From contig CAKKNE010000004.1 of the NCBI GenBank assembly GCA_918797485.1, positions 3,038,001 to 3,102,000 on the forward strand: 64,000 bases of DNA, in the 5' to 3' direction. Numbering within the stretch: position 1 is the first letter of the stretch; every line of letters starts with the position of its first letter. The notes beneath the pieces are model-generated. The model was given only the letters and a program-made list of their open reading frames with translations. It was not told where the DNA came from and searched no databases. Below, piece by piece: positions 63,957 to 64,000 of the stretch. Source of the DNA: Pelagomonas calceolata (taxonomy: Eukaryota). The position numbers and the translations under genes are program-made.

Positions 63957-64000
63957 CTGTGTGGAAATCATATTCTGCTCGATGGCGTGGAGTTTCCAGG
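63957..64000 (+). mobile_element. Introner element, truncated by window end
   Basis: GT 8 nt upstream (GTAGTTTG) then CTGTGTGGAAATCA and ctgctcgatggcgtgg. Confidence 0.8.

Overview
Gene-dense, GC-rich eukaryotic DNA with about 40 compact protein-coding genes and short introns. By inference it comes from a pelagophyte stramenopile alga (Pelagomonas/Aureococcus-like). Recognisable genes include DNA polymerase delta, an HRDC-PIF1 helicase, ARP6, GltA-type citrate synthase, class 2 DHODH, EF-Ts, an SDP1-like lipase, a Deg/HtrA protease, a ModF-like ABC ATPase and a P450. Two non-coding systems run through the window. (1) A bipartite, orientation-independent element, GCTAGC-N2-4-TGTAAGACACTAG(C), occurs about 18 times, always in 5'/divergent intergenic DNA and never in coding sequence or convergent gaps. 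(2) A family of MITE-like introner elements (CTGTGTGGAAATCA...TGATTTCCACACAG, 8-bp target-site duplication) appears related to nearly all introns found. Copies range from intact to heavily decayed, and one intron is present in a gene but absent from its neighbouring paralog. A local family of three PDZ-like RS-rich proteins with shuffled RNA-binding modules is also notable. All calls were made by eye, without database searches.
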